A stretch of 40,515 bases of DNA from an uncultured Thermofilaceae archaeon (GCA_964587325.1 CAZPLI010000001.1:1-40515), one strand, 5' to 3'. Counted from the stretch's first letter, positions 18,079 to 28,427 are shown. Numbers and translations are program-made. The notes: a model not told the origin generated them from the letters alone.

Positions 18079-18996
18079 TTGGCTATGACGGAAGACGTGA
18101 TAGAGAAACTAGAGAAAGCGGGAGCCGCTGTTGCTCAGGCTCTTGAGAGAGCACTAGACATAGTTCAGGAGGGCGCATCCATAAGGAAAGCATGTCAAGA
18201 CCTAGAGAACGTTGTATTAAAGCAGGGAGCCAAGCCAGCGTTTCCAGTCAACATATCAATTAATGAGGTAGCAGCACACTACACCGCGCCTCCTACTGAC
18301 GACCCCTTAATACCCCCAAGAAGCGTGGTGAAAGTCGATATTGGTGCTCACGTGGACGGATACATAGCCGACGCCGCGATAACAATAGCATTAGACCCAG
18401 AGCACCTACCTCTCGTGAAAGCTGCCTACGACGCGCTGAAGGTTGCGCTTAGCACTCTAAAGCATGGAGTTAGCTTACGCTTGGTAGGTGCAGCGGTGGA
18501 GAGATGCATTTTGGCTAACGGGTATGTGCCCATTAGGAACTTAACGGGCCATAAGATAGAAAGGTATAACCTTCACGCAGGCAAGTCAGTGCCTAATGTG
18601 GCTGTGTGGAGCCTCGCACGTGCAGAGGAAGGGGAGATATACGCTGTTGAGCCCTTTGTTACTGATGGAGAAGGTGTGGTCGTAGAAGGGGGGTACGGTA
18701 ACATATTCAGGATAATCAGCACAAGGAGAACTGGCTATAGAGAACTTGACGAGTTCCTCCGGGCCCTATGGAAAGAGTATAGGTCTTTACCGTTTGCCTC
18801 TCGCTGGGTGTATACAAAGTGGGGTTTGAGAGGTTTAGAGAAGCTAGAGGAACTTGTGCGCAAGAAGAGAATCTATCACTATCCTGTACTCGTTGAGCGT
18901 AGTAAAGGTCTAGTGTCACAGTTTGAGGACACTGTGATTGTGACCCGAGAGGGAACGAAACCCTTAGTCGGCACGCTAAGCATTGTGAAATACTGA
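18079..18996 (+). CDS. map: Methionine aminopeptidase type II
   Basis: AFPVNISINEVAAHYT, DIGAHVDGYIAD, NLTGH and EPF motifs. Confidence 0.96.
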   Translation: MAMTEDVIEKLEKAGAAVAQALERALDIVQEGASIRKACQDLENVVLKQGAKPAFPVNISINEVAAHYTAPPTDDPLIPPRSVVKVDIGAHVDGYIADAAITIALDPEHLPLVKAAYDALKVALSTLKHGVSLRLVGAAVERCILANGYVPIRNLTGHKIERYNLHAGKSVPNVAVWSLARAEEGEIYAVEPFVTDGEGVVVEGGYGNIFRIISTRRTGYRELDEFLRALWKEYRSLPFASRWVYTKWGLRGLEKLEELVRKKRIYHYPVLVERSKGLVSQFEDTVIVTREGTKPLVGTLSIVKY

Positions 18997-19007
18997 TACC
19001 TGCCACC

Positions 19008-20189
19008 ATGATAGAAGGCCTACTTTCGAGGCTTTGCACGACTTACGATTTCTCCCTTCCGGCGTTGCGCAGACTTGCGGAGGTTCTGAGTATAAGGGAG
19101 CTCATAATGTATTTGGAAGAGGCGAGATCTCCCGGTTCTCTCTATTACTTACGCGTTAATACATTAAGAGCGTCAAGGGAGTGCGTAATCAAGCTCCTAA
19201 GGGAAGAGGGGTTTAATGCTTTTCCTTCACGCTTGCTAAAAGAGGCTATTTACCTGGAAGTTAGGGGGCCTTTCGTAATTAGGCCGCAAGGTAAACCAGT
19301 GTTTGTTGATAAGGCCACAGCCGAGTCGGCTTACATGGGCGCTCACGTATATGCACCGGGTGTGAAAAAGGCCCCTCGTGTGCACGAAGGCGACACAGTT
19401 ACCGTGTATGACCCTCGTGGAAACGCTGTGGCTATAGGAATAGCAGAGATGGATGGAGAAGAGATGGAGACTACAAAGAGGGGACTTGCAGTGAGGAACA
19501 TTGCCTCAGTGTTCAGAGTTCCTAGCGTTAGAGAGACTCGTGCGTTCAAGGAGGGGCTAGTCTACGACCAGTCACTACCAGCAATGCTTGCCACCGCTGC
19601 CTTGGCCCCAAAGCCTGGCTGGTTTGTAATAGATCTCTGTGCCGCACCCGGGGGGAAAGCAACTCACGCAGCACAGCTAATGCTTGACGAGGGAGTAATA
19701 CTAGCTGTTGATAGGAACCCGGCTAAGGTGAGTAGACTTCAGGAGAACGCATCGAGACTCGGTATTAGATGCATAAAGACTTTCGTTAAGGACTCCAGGT
19801 ACTTGGACACAGAACTTGGCATAGAGGAAGAGGCGGATGCCGTAATAGTAGATCCTCCCTGCTCAGCGCTAGGAGTTAGACCTAAACTTTACTACGACAA
19901 GACCCAAAGCGACTTAATAGCATACCCTCCATACCAGCGACAATTCTTACGCGTAGCTGCGCGCTTGGTTAAGCCGGGGGGTCTTGTTCTGTACTCCACG
20001 TGTACTGTAACCCTGGAGGAAAACGAGTTCCTAATATTATCAGCACGTAAGTACGGCCTATATCCTATCACTCACAGGCCCTTTTATGGTACTACCAGTC
20101 CGCTGCTAGGACCATTAGGCCAGCGTTTTTACCCGCACATTCACGACACACCAGGATTCTTTATAGCCGTGCTAAGGAAGGCTTCTTAG
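19008..20189 (+). CDS. RsmB/NOP2-family RNA m5C methyltransferase with PUA domain (NSUN6-like)
   Basis: LRVNTL, a PUA domain (GAHVYAPGV), [15 protein letters not shown] and YSTCT motifs. Confidence 0.9.
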   Translation: MIEGLLSRLCTTYDFSLPALRRLAEVLSIRELIMYLEEARSPGSLYYLRVNTLRASRECVIKLLREEGFNAFPSRLLKEAIYLEVRGPFVIRPQGKPVFVDKATAESAYMGAHVYAPGVKKAPRVHEGDTVTVYDPRGNAVAIGIAEMDGEEMETTKRGLAVRNIASVFRVPSVRETRAFKEGLVYDQSLPAMLATAALAPKPGWFVIDLCAAPGGKATHAAQLMLDEGVILAVDRNPAKVSRLQENASRLGIRCIKTFVKDSRYLDTELGIEEEADAVIVDPPCSALGVRPKLYYDKTQSDLIAYPPYQRQFLRVAARLVKPGGLVLYSTCTVTLEENEFLILSARKYGLYPITHRPFYGTTSPLLGPLGQRFYPHIHDTPGFFIAVLRKAS

Positions 20190-20257
20190 CGGCTTGCACT
20201 CGCCAGCGCCAGGCTTATAAGCTGGCTACGAAGCTTAGGGGGCTGGAGGGGCTGAGA

Positions 20258-20479
20258 TTGCCTTCGGGGACCGCAGAACTGCTGACGAAGTCTCTGGGAA
20301 GCATGGTATTAGTTAAGCTAAAGGGTGGCAGAGAAGTGCGCGGCATACTGATGAGTTTTGACCAACACCTAAACTTAGTGCTAGACAACGCCGAGGAGAT
20401 GAAGGAGTCGAAAGTAAGACGCTTAGGTTTAATAATAGTGAGAGGAGACAACGTGGTGTTAATTAGCCCTGTAACCTAA
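20258..20479 (+). CDS. lsm: Sm-like archaeal protein (SmAP1/Lsm)
   Basis: Sm1 [12 protein letters not shown] and Sm2 IVRGDNV; directly upstream of rpl37e. Confidence 0.95.
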   Translation: MPSGTAELLTKSLGSMVLVKLKGGREVRGILMSFDQHLNLVLDNAEEMKESKVRRLGLIIVRGDNVVLISPVT

Positions 20480-20495
20480 CGAAGGGGTGAACTAA

Positions 20496-20687
20496 ATGGT
20501 AAAAGGCACCACCTCTTTCGGCAAACGGGGACGCGGAAAGACGCACATAAGGTGCAGAAGGTGCGGTAGGCACAGCTATAATATAAGGAAGAAGTACTGT
20601 GCTGCGTGCGGCTTTGGCCGCTCCAAGAGACTTAGGAGGTATAGCTGGCAGAATAAGAAAGTCACTACTCGCGTGAGGATAGTATGA
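20496..20687 (+). CDS. rpl37e: Ribosomal protein eL37
   Basis: KGTTSFGKR...[12 protein letters not shown]...CAACGFG. Confidence 0.97.
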   Translation: MVKGTTSFGKRGRGKTHIRCRRCGRHSYNIRKKYCAACGFGRSKRLRRYSWQNKKVTTRVRIV

Positions 20688-21144
20688 CGCGACTCACGTA
20701 GTACAGTGTTACCGCCAGTAAGCCCACAGACCCTACGTCTCCCGTTATGCCGGGTGGATAGACTGCCAGTCCTTTCTCGAGCTCTCTACGACTGAGCCCT
20801 GGGTCGGAGCCCCCAAAAACTATTAGGACTCTTCCCTTAGCGACGGCGTCTAAAACATGGTCTTTAGTTAGCTCTTCACTCGCATAGGGCGGAGGTACTA
20901 CGGTAAAGACCGTTGAAGGACCCAGCAGTTCTATGGCGTCGTCTAAGTCGCTAAGGTAAATGAAGGCTCTATTGAGCTTAAGCGCCAATTTCTGCGCCTC
21001 AGGAACTCCGGTCTGTGCCGCAGAGCCTGAAGCCTTAGTTACGACGAATAGCTTAAACCCTAAGCCATAAACGAGCCTAGCGCTCTCCACTACTTTCTGC
21101 GGCGAGAAAACGTTGTGGAGAACCGGCACTATCCTCTCGAGCAA
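20665..21144 (-). CDS. Small SPOUT-like putative RNA methyltransferase (DUF2122-like)
   Basis: [29 protein letters not shown] and [12 protein letters not shown] knot-like motif. Confidence 0.7.
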   Translation of the reverse strand: MLERIVPVLHNVFSPQKVVESARLVYGLGFKLFVVTKASGSAAQTGVPEAQKLALKLNRAFIYLSDLDDAIELLGPSTVFTVVPPPYASEELTKDHVLDAVAKGRVLIVFGGSDPGLSRRELEKGLAVYPPGITGDVGSVGLLAVTLYYVSRVILSSRE

Positions 21145-21148
21145 ACTC

Positions 21149-22111
21149 TCACCCCTCGCCCTTTTCCAAGTACTTCCTTATTTCCCTCGCTATTGCGCGC
21201 GAGAGAGGGACCGGCACGGCCTCACCTACTTCATTAAACTGTACATCCCTGCCTCCGAGGAAGATATGATCGTCGGGGAAGCCCATTAAGCGTGCGTGCT
21301 CACGAACCGTTAGTAGCCTATCCTCGAACGGGTGTACAAATCTAGAGCTCCCCATAACTGTTGGCGCGAGCTTGTAAGGATGAAGCCTTATTATGTTGCC
21401 GTAAATGCCTTTAGCGCCCTTATACCTAACCAAGGCTTCGCCCCACTTCAGCTTAGCTATTTTCCTCCTCTTACGAGGCGAAAGAGGTACAGGCTCGTGA
21501 TTAGGTATGTCGTGCGGTGCTTCGGGCGGAGGTAAGTCACCGATAGCGTCTATAACTCTAACGTAGCGCCTTACGCGCTTCGGCTTTATTCTCACGTTGG
21601 AAATGAACACTCTAACCCTACGTGAAGGAGTGCCGTAATCCTCAGCCCTGAGTATGTTGAAGTACAGTGTGTCGTAACCTACCCTCGAAAACTCCCTTTT
21701 CAGGGCTGTTTTTAGCTCTCCCTCTAGTATGCCAGGCACGTTCTCCATAACGAATACCTTAGGCCTCAGGTCTCCCACCATGCGTATGAAGTGTAACACA
21801 AGCTGGCCTATCGGGTCAGAGTAAAGCCTGTCAATAGGTCTCTGCATACGTCTAGGGTTTGCCCCAGTAAAAGGCTCACAGGGAGGACCGCCAATCACAA
21901 CGTCGGGAGAACCTACCTCGCGAATTATGTCCTCGGCTCTAACTAGCTTAATATCCTCAACAATTACGCGAGCCTTGGGAAAATTCTTGGCAAACGTCTC
22001 GGCCACAGGCTCCATATTATCAAGACCCAGCACTACCTCAAACCCCTCGTCCTTGAACCCACGCGAAAACCCTCCAGCCCCGCAAAATAGGTCAATTACC
22101 GTGTACGCCAC
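21149..22111 (-). CDS. Orphan C5-cytosine methyltransferase (Dcm family)
   Basis: Motifs DLFCGAGG (I), GGPPC (IV), ENV (VI), R.RVF (VIII), LTVREHARLMGFPD (IX) and GEAVP (X). Confidence 0.92.
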   Translation of the reverse strand: MAYTVIDLFCGAGGFSRGFKDEGFEVVLGLDNMEPVAETFAKNFPKARVIVEDIKLVRAEDIIREVGSPDVVIGGPPCEPFTGANPRRMQRPIDRLYSDPIGQLVLHFIRMVGDLRPKVFVMENVPGILEGELKTALKREFSRVGYDTLYFNILRAEDYGTPSRRVRVFISNVRIKPKRVRRYVRVIDAIGDLPPPEAPHDIPNHEPVPLSPRKRRKIAKLKWGEALVRYKGAKGIYGNIIRLHPYKLAPTVMGSSRFVHPFEDRLLTVREHARLMGFPDDHIFLGGRDVQFNEVGEAVPVPLSRAIAREIRKYLEKGEG

Positions 22112-22227
22112 GCCCTACCCCTCTCACTGCTCTCGACCCAGGTTATTTAATTGTTCAGAGGAAGCGAAAGAGAGGAAACTGCTGAACCAAAACGCTTATA
22201 GAGCCGAGCCTAAGCCTTCCTCTCTGG

Positions 22228-22303
22228 AGCCCGGTGGTGTAGCGGCCAAGCATGGCGGGCTCTGGCCCCGCTGACCGGGGTTCGAATCCCCGCCGGGCTA
22301 CCA
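22228..22303 (+). tRNA. tRNA-Gln(CUG), no intron, CCA encoded
   Basis: Acceptor stem AGCCCGG/CCGGGCT, anticodon arm GCGGG-CTCTGGC-CCCGC and T-loop TTCGAAT; AAAACGCTTATA promoter-like motif upstream. Confidence 0.97.
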
Positions 22304-22320
22304 CTTACTCTGCGCCTCTG

Positions 22321-22671
22321 TTAAGTCTCGCTTACGGGCGTGCTCTTAATTATGCGTAGAGCTTTTCTGACGGTTCCAGTTACTCTTACAACTCTTACAA
22401 CAATTGGCGCTACTCTCGGAAACAACTCGAAAGCTAGGCGGGCCCTTTCAACCCCTTCGGCGTCTACTCTAACGACCGCAAGCTGCCTGCGTTTATCCAA
22501 GTAGATTAGCTTTGGATTTATCTTTGCTAATCCTTCAGCTCCCCATAGCCTAATAATAGCTCCAAGCAGTATAGTCTCGAGACTGTCGATTGCTAGATCC
22601 GTATTAGCAGGTTCTATTTTTACTATTAAGTATCTTCTCCTAGTCCTCGCGCCTCTCCGACTCATTTCCAT
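22321..22671 (-). CDS. rnp2: RNase P protein Pop5/Rpp14
   Basis: RRRYLIV, LWGAEG and VTGTVRKA motifs; follows rnp3. Confidence 0.88.
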   Translation of the reverse strand: MEMSRRGARTRRRYLIVKIEPANTDLAIDSLETILLGAIIRLWGAEGLAKINPKLIYLDKRRQLAVVRVDAEGVERARLAFELFPRVAPIVVRVVRVTGTVRKALRIIKSTPVSET

Positions 22672-23437
22672 GGACCACCCTCACGCCGGGCACGGGGATC
22701 AGTCCTCTAATTTTATCTCTATTTATGGTAACTCGCTCTATTACCTTGCTAAAACCGGGATCGGGAAAGCCGAGACTATGCGCTAGTGCCTTCAAGCTGT
22801 GAGGCGTACATAGGTAGCGTGGGGAGCCGGCTCCCGACGATAACAGAAAGTGACCAAGCATTCTTTGAGGCGCGCGCTTGACAAGCTTCATGTAGGACCT
22901 GAGAACTCGTGCCAACGAATATGTGTCGGTAGCTGTCATTAGCGGGTATACCCTAAGTTCAACAAGTTTGTCCGTACTGCTAATGTATCTCCAGTCACCG
23001 CGGTAAAGTGGCGGCGAGCTTGTCGGTGCTACATACAGTATGTCTATCCTTCTGTCTCTGCTCGCAAAGGCCAGAGTATGTCTGGTCTTAGGTGCCATAG
23101 ATATCAATTCAATGGATCTTCTGTACTTCGCTAGTATCTTCTTCGCCCTACCTGGCGGCATTTCCTCCAGCTCTAGCCTTAGTACTAGGTCTAGCTCCAC
23201 TTCAGAAGATAAGCGCTTAATAGCGAGTTTCAGCTCGTTTAGCCGCCTTACGTTCGTCGTAGTGAAAGCCGCCCCTTTGTAGCCAAGCTCGATCAGTTTA
23301 CCGCATAGCTTCCTTAGCAGCTCCTCGTCGCTTTCATGTCCCGTTACGACTACGCATGCATCAAAAGCTTGCCTCAAATGACCCCCCTTCAGCCAAGGTA
23401 GAGGAGCCTTTTTAAGGCGTTGAATTCCCTCACACAT
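22640..23437 (-). CDS. rnp3: RNase P protein Rpp30 (true start probably about 20 codons downstream of 23437)
   Basis: ELGYKG, RDRRIDIL and LSSGA motifs, C-terminal PGVRVV; adjacent to pop5. Confidence 0.8.
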   Translation of the reverse strand: MCEGIQRLKKAPLPWLKGGHLRQAFDACVVVTGHESDEELLRKLCGKLIELGYKGAAFTTTNVRRLNELKLAIKRLSSEVELDLVLRLELEEMPPGRAKKILAKYRRSIELISMAPKTRHTLAFASRDRRIDILYVAPTSSPPLYRGDWRYISSTDKLVELRVYPLMTATDTYSLARVLRSYMKLVKRAPQRMLGHFLLSSGAGSPRYLCTPHSLKALAHSLGFPDPGFSKVIERVTINRDKIRGLIPVPGVRVVHGNESERRED

Positions 23438-23449
23438 GACCTTGGCTAG

Positions 23450-24181
23450 GTGGTGGTGAAAGTGTTTACTCCCCCGGCTATGGGATATGATAGGGCAATA
23501 ACGATCTTCAGCCCTGATGGAAGACTGTTCCAGGTAGAGTACGCCTTCGAAGCCGTAAGGAAGGGAATGACCACTTTAGGAGTTAGAGCTGTGGATGGTG
23601 TAGTATTAGCAGTTGAGAAGCGTACGGGCTCGCGCCTAATGGAAAGCACTGAGAAGATTAAGATTATAGATGAGCACGTAGGCTTAGCGTTCGCCGGCCT
23701 ATTCGGTGATGCTAGAGTACTAATAGACCAGGCGAGACTATACGCCCAAATACACAGACTAGTGTACGGGGAGAAAATACCTATTGAGCTACTGGCCAAG
23801 AGAATATGTGACATAAAGCAGATTTACACTCAGCACGGAGGTGTACGCCCATTCGGAGTTGCATTCCTATTCGCAGGCGTTGATAGGAGAGGCCCTCAGC
23901 TTATAGGCACGGATCCTGGTGGTAGCTACACAATATACAAGGCACACGCTATAGGCTCAGGTGCTCAGAAGGCAATTGAACTTCTTGAAAAGAAGTACGA
24001 CGACAATATGAAGTTAGAGGACGCCATACTTCTAGCGTTCGAGGCTCTAAACTACTCAATGGAGGGGCAGATAAGCCCTGAGCGAATCGAGGCAGCAGTC
24101 GTCAGCGTTAAGGATGCTAAGTTTAGGATAATGACAACTGAGGAAGTTAAGGCCTACATCGAAAAAATACTGTCGCCTTAG
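23450..24181 (+). CDS. psmA: Proteasome subunit alpha
   Basis: GYDRAITIFSPDGRLFQVEYA and GGVRPFGV motifs. Confidence 0.98.
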   Translation: MVVKVFTPPAMGYDRAITIFSPDGRLFQVEYAFEAVRKGMTTLGVRAVDGVVLAVEKRTGSRLMESTEKIKIIDEHVGLAFAGLFGDARVLIDQARLYAQIHRLVYGEKIPIELLAKRICDIKQIYTQHGGVRPFGVAFLFAGVDRRGPQLIGTDPGGSYTIYKAHAIGSGAQKAIELLEKKYDDNMKLEDAILLAFEALNYSMEGQISPERIEAAVVSVKDAKFRIMTTEEVKAYIEKILSP

Positions 24182-24227
24182 AAGAACCACTAAATTTGTC
24201 GGTATTCAGATATCATCCCAATAGATC

Positions 24228-24389
24228 CTACACAGCCTTTACTCTTTTGACCATAAAGGGTGGTCTAATCTTCATTATAACTCGCCATCCGCACTTTGGA
24301 CACATTATACCGCTCTCTAAGTACTCCATCTCTTCCTTCGAGAACATGTAGCCACAGCGCAGACACTTGTAGATCTTCTCCTCTCCCAT
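24228..24389 (-). CDS. rpo12: RNA polymerase subunit Rpo12 (RpoP), 53 aa, absent from the ORF track
   Basis: Manual translation MGEEKIYKCLRCGYMFSKEEMEYLESGIMCPKCGWRVIMKIRPPFMVKRVKAV gives the YxCxxC...CPxCG.R...K.R Zn ribbon; downstream of rpo11. Confidence 0.92.
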   Translation of the reverse strand: MGEEKIYKCLRCGYMFSKEEMEYLESGIMCPKCGWRVIMKIRPPFMVKRVKAV

Positions 24390-24439
24390 GCTCAAAGTTA
24401 GCACCCTCCGAGAGACTCCTTGCTGCTTAAAAACTTGTT

Positions 24440-24736
24440 TTAAGCTGAGCCCACACCGAACTCTTTCCTAAAGAGCTCTTTAAGGCTAAGCGAGCGTGCT
24501 GATATAGAATCGCAGGCCAACGCTAATGCATCTATAGGCGATATACCTTCAGTAACCACTCTTAAGCGTGCTACGGGAAACTCTGGGTGGTCTATGGCGT
24601 AAGCCGCGAATTTAACGTTCTCTAGTCTATTTAACTCGTCTACTAGCGCATTCAGTAGTGTATGTCCTTCCCCTTCAATCTCTAACTCGAGCTCATTTTT
24701 AGATGCTTTTAGAACTCTTATTTTAAGAGTCCCCAT
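24440..24736 (-). CDS. rpo11: RNA polymerase subunit Rpo11 (RpoL)
   Basis: EGEGHTLLNAL...FAAYAIDHP. Confidence 0.94.
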   Translation of the reverse strand: MGTLKIRVLKASKNELELEIEGEGHTLLNALVDELNRLENVKFAAYAIDHPEFPVARLRVVTEGISPIDALALACDSISARSLSLKELFRKEFGVGSA

Positions 24737-24794
24737 TCTTACCCCCGACTTAACCCTCCCGACTTGCTGTATCTGTGGAGAAGCTAACGTGCAC

Positions 24795-26432
24795 TTATAC
24801 TTTCTCCTCCGTCCCCCGCGTCAGGGTGCTCACAACTTCGTACAACTTAGCTCTTAGTTCAGCTACGTTTTGGGTGAGGTCCACATCGAGCTTAATGGTA
24901 TGCAACCTTAGTCCCTTTAGTGTCTCCAGCAAGGCGTTGAGATAGCGTCGTGGAACGTAGTTAGGCGCTAATATTACTGCAGCAGAGTAAGCCTTGGAGT
25001 GCCTTCTGAAGTACCATGCAAGGTCTCTTAGTGAGTCCATTAGAAGCCCCGTTGGATCTTCAGGGATTTCGTACTGTGAGAGCGGATATGTCTCACTAAG
25101 CTCCTCAGGTACAACGCCATAAGGAGGTGAATAGGCAATGAAGTGAAGCTTGTTACGAAAGCTATCATCTAGAGACCTTAGTAACTCAGCCACCCAACCG
25201 TACCTTGTAAATGGCCTGCTGGGCCAGTCGGGTACAAGGACTGCTATTTTATCCTGAGGAGGCTGATACCTAAACCTTAGCCTTAAGAGGTACCTATACA
25301 CCGACGGTCTCCAGCGGCTAGCGCCGTCAAAGAAAAACTCGGCCTTTACGGTGCCGTGCGTTACGGGGTGTCTAGCTTCAATCGTGTGTATGTACCTTCT
25401 GAGCGTGTTAAGTGCTGACATTAGTGCTGGATGAGCTCTCGCTCTACTTTCTAAGAGGTTCCAAAGCGTACCCTCTCGAATCGCTTGCTTTACTAGCGCG
25501 ATCTCTCTATGCAACACGTACAGATTGTGCCGGGCAACCTCCTCTTCGAGCACCTCTCTTGGTAATTGCTTGAACGTCTCAATATCGTATTTTCTACAGA
25601 CAGGGCATTCACATGGCAGCTCGGACAGCTCGTTGACACGTAACGTTCCATACGGTGTCATGTACCTCCCATCCCTAGCATAGAGTGCATAAGATGCCGA
25701 GTCGAACATGTCAACTCCCATGGCCGCCAGTAGTGGTATAATCATCGGGTGCCCGGCTCCAAATAGATGCAGAGGCCTATCAGGAGGCAGATGCATTCTT
25801 GCAGTCATTACTAGCTTCACAAGATCTGAGTACCTATAATTTTCAAGAAATTGTGTGGGCCCTCCTACGGCGTATACGTCAACTTCGAGCTCGGCAAGAG
25901 ATTTCGCTGAGTAGGCAACAATGTCTAAGTATAATCCGCCCTGAACAGGGCCTACCAGCAGCATAGTGCCCAGGTCGAGTTCAAGCGCTCGTTTTACTCT
26001 CCTCAGAGTTTCCTTCACTTCTTTCCAAACTTCTTCTTTAGGGGTGCCTAGCTTTGTGGGTATATCAAGAACTACTCCAATGTCTGATCCTAACCTTACT
26101 TGGTAAAGCACTATTTCTTCAGGGTCTACCTCCACGTTACCGTAAACCAGTAATTGGTAAGCGCCGGAGTCCGTCATTATAGGGCATGAGACTCCAAGTA
26201 TACCATGTACACCAAGCTCTAGTGCTATGTCACCATAGTAGCGACGGATCAGATACGCGTTTGTTATGAGCGCATCGAATCCAATAGACACTATTTCATT
26301 AGCCTCTAGCACATTTTTGGCGGGATTGATCACTGGCAACAGCGCAGGAGTCTCTATAGTACCGTGCTCTGTCCTTAGGCACCCTATCCTGCCTAGCAGG
26401 TCCTCATGCTTTATCTCAAATGCCTCCTTCAT
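24795..26432 (-). CDS. tgtA: Archaeosine tRNA-guanine(15) transglycosylase (probable start ATG 26432, overlapping the upstream stop)
   Basis: ETPALLPV, TDSGAYQ, GPVQGG, HLFGAGHP, FDSASY and Zn site CECPVC...HN; no C-terminal PUA domain. Confidence 0.95.
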   Translation of the reverse strand: MKEAFEIKHEDLLGRIGCLRTEHGTIETPALLPVINPAKNVLEANEIVSIGFDALITNAYLIRRYYGDIALELGVHGILGVSCPIMTDSGAYQLLVYGNVEVDPEEIVLYQVRLGSDIGVVLDIPTKLGTPKEEVWKEVKETLRRVKRALELDLGTMLLVGPVQGGLYLDIVAYSAKSLAELEVDVYAVGGPTQFLENYRYSDLVKLVMTARMHLPPDRPLHLFGAGHPMIIPLLAAMGVDMFDSASYALYARDGRYMTPYGTLRVNELSELPCECPVCRKYDIETFKQLPREVLEEEVARHNLYVLHREIALVKQAIREGTLWNLLESRARAHPALMSALNTLRRYIHTIEARHPVTHGTVKAEFFFDGASRWRPSVYRYLLRLRFRYQPPQDKIAVLVPDWPSRPFTRYGWVAELLRSLDDSFRNKLHFIAYSPPYGVVPEELSETYPLSQYEIPEDPTGLLMDSLRDLAWYFRRHSKAYSAAVILAPNYVPRRYLNALLETLKGLRLHTIKLDVDLTQNVAELRAKLYEVVSTLTRGTEEKV

Positions 26433-26872
26433 ACTGCCTTCCTTTTCTCTCTCCACTCTTTCACAAACTCTTCGTAAATCGCCTTAACGCGCTCTGCGAC
26501 AGGCCCTCCCCCTTCAACGCCCTTCTCTGTGACCTTAACGCGGTCCATTACAACGATTATTCTAGCCTCTGGGTAGTACTTCACCATATGTGGGAAGTAG
26601 GATTCAAGACGTTTAGCCAATGCCTCCATGTCAAGCGGCTCCTCAACCAGGACTATTTCCGCGATGACCCTGCCACTAATAACTAAGCGAGGAACTCTGT
26701 GTCCTTCGGGATCTTTAACATCCCCTAGCATTACTGTGAGTTCCGGTAACGTGTAGCCGAGCAGTATCCCCTCGTATTCTCTACCAGTGGTGGTTCTAAC
26801 AAGGACCCAGCGATCCATGAAGAGAGCAAGCTCTGAAGCCAGTCTTCGCGTAGCAGCATCTACGTACGCCAT
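26429..26872 (-). CDS. SmAP3-type Lsm protein with C-terminal extension
   Basis: Sm fold (V.TTTGREYEG.L.G) plus a C-terminal domain (FPHMVKY...VKVTEKGVEG.GP.AER); upstream of tgtA. Confidence 0.85.
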   Translation of the reverse strand: MAYVDAATRRLASELALFMDRWVLVRTTTGREYEGILLGYTLPELTVMLGDVKDPEGHRVPRLVISGRVIAEIVLVEEPLDMEALAKRLESYFPHMVKYYPEARIIVVMDRVKVTEKGVEGGGPVAERVKAIYEEFVKEWREKRKAV

Positions 26873-26965
26873 TGATACCCCCTCCTAATCGCTTCACACA
26901 CGGAGAGGACTAGTATAAACGCTCGCCCCCGGGAAGATAGCTAAAGCAATGCTGTGCTTACCTCG

Positions 26966-27706
26966 TTATTCCTTCAAGCGGCATCGAGTCACGTTTATTT
27001 TGACTATGCAGCTAGAGGGACTCCAGATCCCCAGTTCTTCAGCTTTGTAGTCTCTGACAACTGCTAAAACTGTAAGACAGTTATTGACCGCACTTACATT
27101 CATAGCAAGTATCTCCACATCCCCTAGTATGCCCTCTATATAGCTTCGTATATATCCCTCAGAGCAACACCCCTCTTCCATAGCTTCTTCAATGGCTAAA
27201 TTAAAGGCTCTTTTAATAGCGAAATACCGAATAGGATGACATAATAGGAAACACTCTGACCTTGTAACCCACACATATTTATCGCTCAATGTAAGATTAA
27301 TGCATACCTGATAACATGTTGCCCCCTTTACATATCCTGAGGCTCCAACATACGCAGAGGGCACATCATTTAGCTCAAAGGGTCCTTTTAGGCTTAAAAT
27401 CTTACATGAAGCCCTTATACTATACATCCTCGCGAATGCGCTACATAACACATCGACGGCAGACCTGAGAGTTCTCATATATTTCGGAGGATCAAGTAAA
27501 TAGTCAGGATCGGAATATATGAGCCGAAGTGCATTGTAGTAAATGACTCCCTTAAGATTAGTCGATATTCTGTATAATCTCGCAAGCCTTAACTCCAAAA
27601 GATGCACTTTACGTGCACAACATAGCGTCCTTATCCTAGACTCATAAACGAGGGCAAGGTAAGACAACATTATGAGTACGGCTAAAGTCAGCGCTACGCC
27701 TCTCAT
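26966..27706 (-). CDS. Membrane-anchored/secreted hypothetical protein, pilin-like N-terminus
   Basis: MRG followed by a hydrophobic helix; Cys-rich remainder. Confidence 0.6.
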   Translation of the reverse strand: MRGVALTLAVLIMLSYLALVYESRIRTLCCARKVHLLELRLARLYRISTNLKGVIYYNALRLIYSDPDYLLDPPKYMRTLRSAVDVLCSAFARMYSIRASCKILSLKGPFELNDVPSAYVGASGYVKGATCYQVCINLTLSDKYVWVTRSECFLLCHPIRYFAIKRAFNLAIEEAMEEGCCSEGYIRSYIEGILGDVEILAMNVSAVNNCLTVLAVVRDYKAEELGIWSPSSCIVKINVTRCRLKE

Positions 27707-27716
27707 AGAACTCTCC

Positions 27717-28040
27717 TTACTCCTTACAGGGTACTAACAGAATCAAAGTCTTATTAGATACTAGGTCAATAATCAACAAGCTAGGAGAATACTCTGAGCA
27801 GACGTAACTGCGATTGCTACCCTGTGACTCTATTTTTAAAGTTAGGCTCGCAAAGTTCTGAGGATTAAAAGTTATTTCGGCAAATCTTCTTGCAGAGAAC
27901 TCGCACTTAAGTGCTTGCTCTACTGTTAGCTTATCACTCAACAAGTGTGATAAAACTCGTGACTCACTTACAAGCAACGCGATTATTAACCCAAGTATTA
28001 TTGCAGCTAGCCCTTCTAATACATACCATCTTACTATCAT
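27717..28040 (-). CDS. Small membrane-anchored hypothetical protein
   Basis: N-terminal YVLEGLAAIILGLIIALLV helix; tightly packed with same-strand neighbours. Confidence 0.55.
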   Translation of the reverse strand: MIVRWYVLEGLAAIILGLIIALLVSESRVLSHLLSDKLTVEQALKCEFSARRFAEITFNPQNFASLTLKIESQGSNRSYVCSEYSPSLLIIDLVSNKTLILLVPCKE

Positions 28041-28041
28041 A

Positions 28042-28173
28042 TTACCATCCTACTAATGATTTAAGAATAAATTTCCTACACATTTCAGCTAGTATGAGTA
28101 GTATTAAGGCGACCATCATAGCCTCTACGATAAACGCTGCTAGGGAAGTTATTCGCCCAGTCTTAATCTGCAT
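28042..28173 (-). CDS. Small hydrophobic peptide (43 aa), absent from the ORF track
   Basis: MQIKTGRITSLAAFIVEAMMVALILLILAEMCRKFILKSLVGW; fills the gap in the cluster and stops 1 nt before the next ATG. Confidence 0.45.
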   Translation of the reverse strand: MQIKTGRITSLAAFIVEAMMVALILLILAEMCRKFILKSLVGW

Positions 28174-28427
28174 ATGCGTCCCTCCCTGACAACGTATTGT
28201 GAAGGCAGAACCGTTACATTAACGTGTAAACAACGCGGTAAATAGACACACGTACCAGGCTCCATGCTATCAAGTAAGTGACGCAGTCTCATCTCAAGCA
28301 TAACTTGGTTACCCTGTGTGCAAGCATCAAATAGACCTCTGCCTAATACCTCAGAGAGCCTTAGCACCGCTACAGATACCAATAATGCAAGTGCCAAGCA
28401 CAGAGCCTCTTCAGCGCACCCCTTCAT
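28149..28427 (-). CDS. Small pilin-like membrane protein (probable start ATG 28427)
   Basis: MKG-CAEEALCLALALLVSVAVL; the start overlaps the upstream stop (ATGA). Confidence 0.55.
   Translation of the reverse strand: MKGCAEEALCLALALLVSVAVLRLSEVLGRGLFDACTQGNQVMLEMRLRHLLDSMEPGTCVYLPRCLHVNVTVLPSQYVVREGRICRLRLGE

Noticed and set aside
24738-24768. Short imperfect tandem repeat (CCCGACTT twice) upstream of rpo11
   Set aside because: Only two short copies; likely chance or a duplicated SD region.
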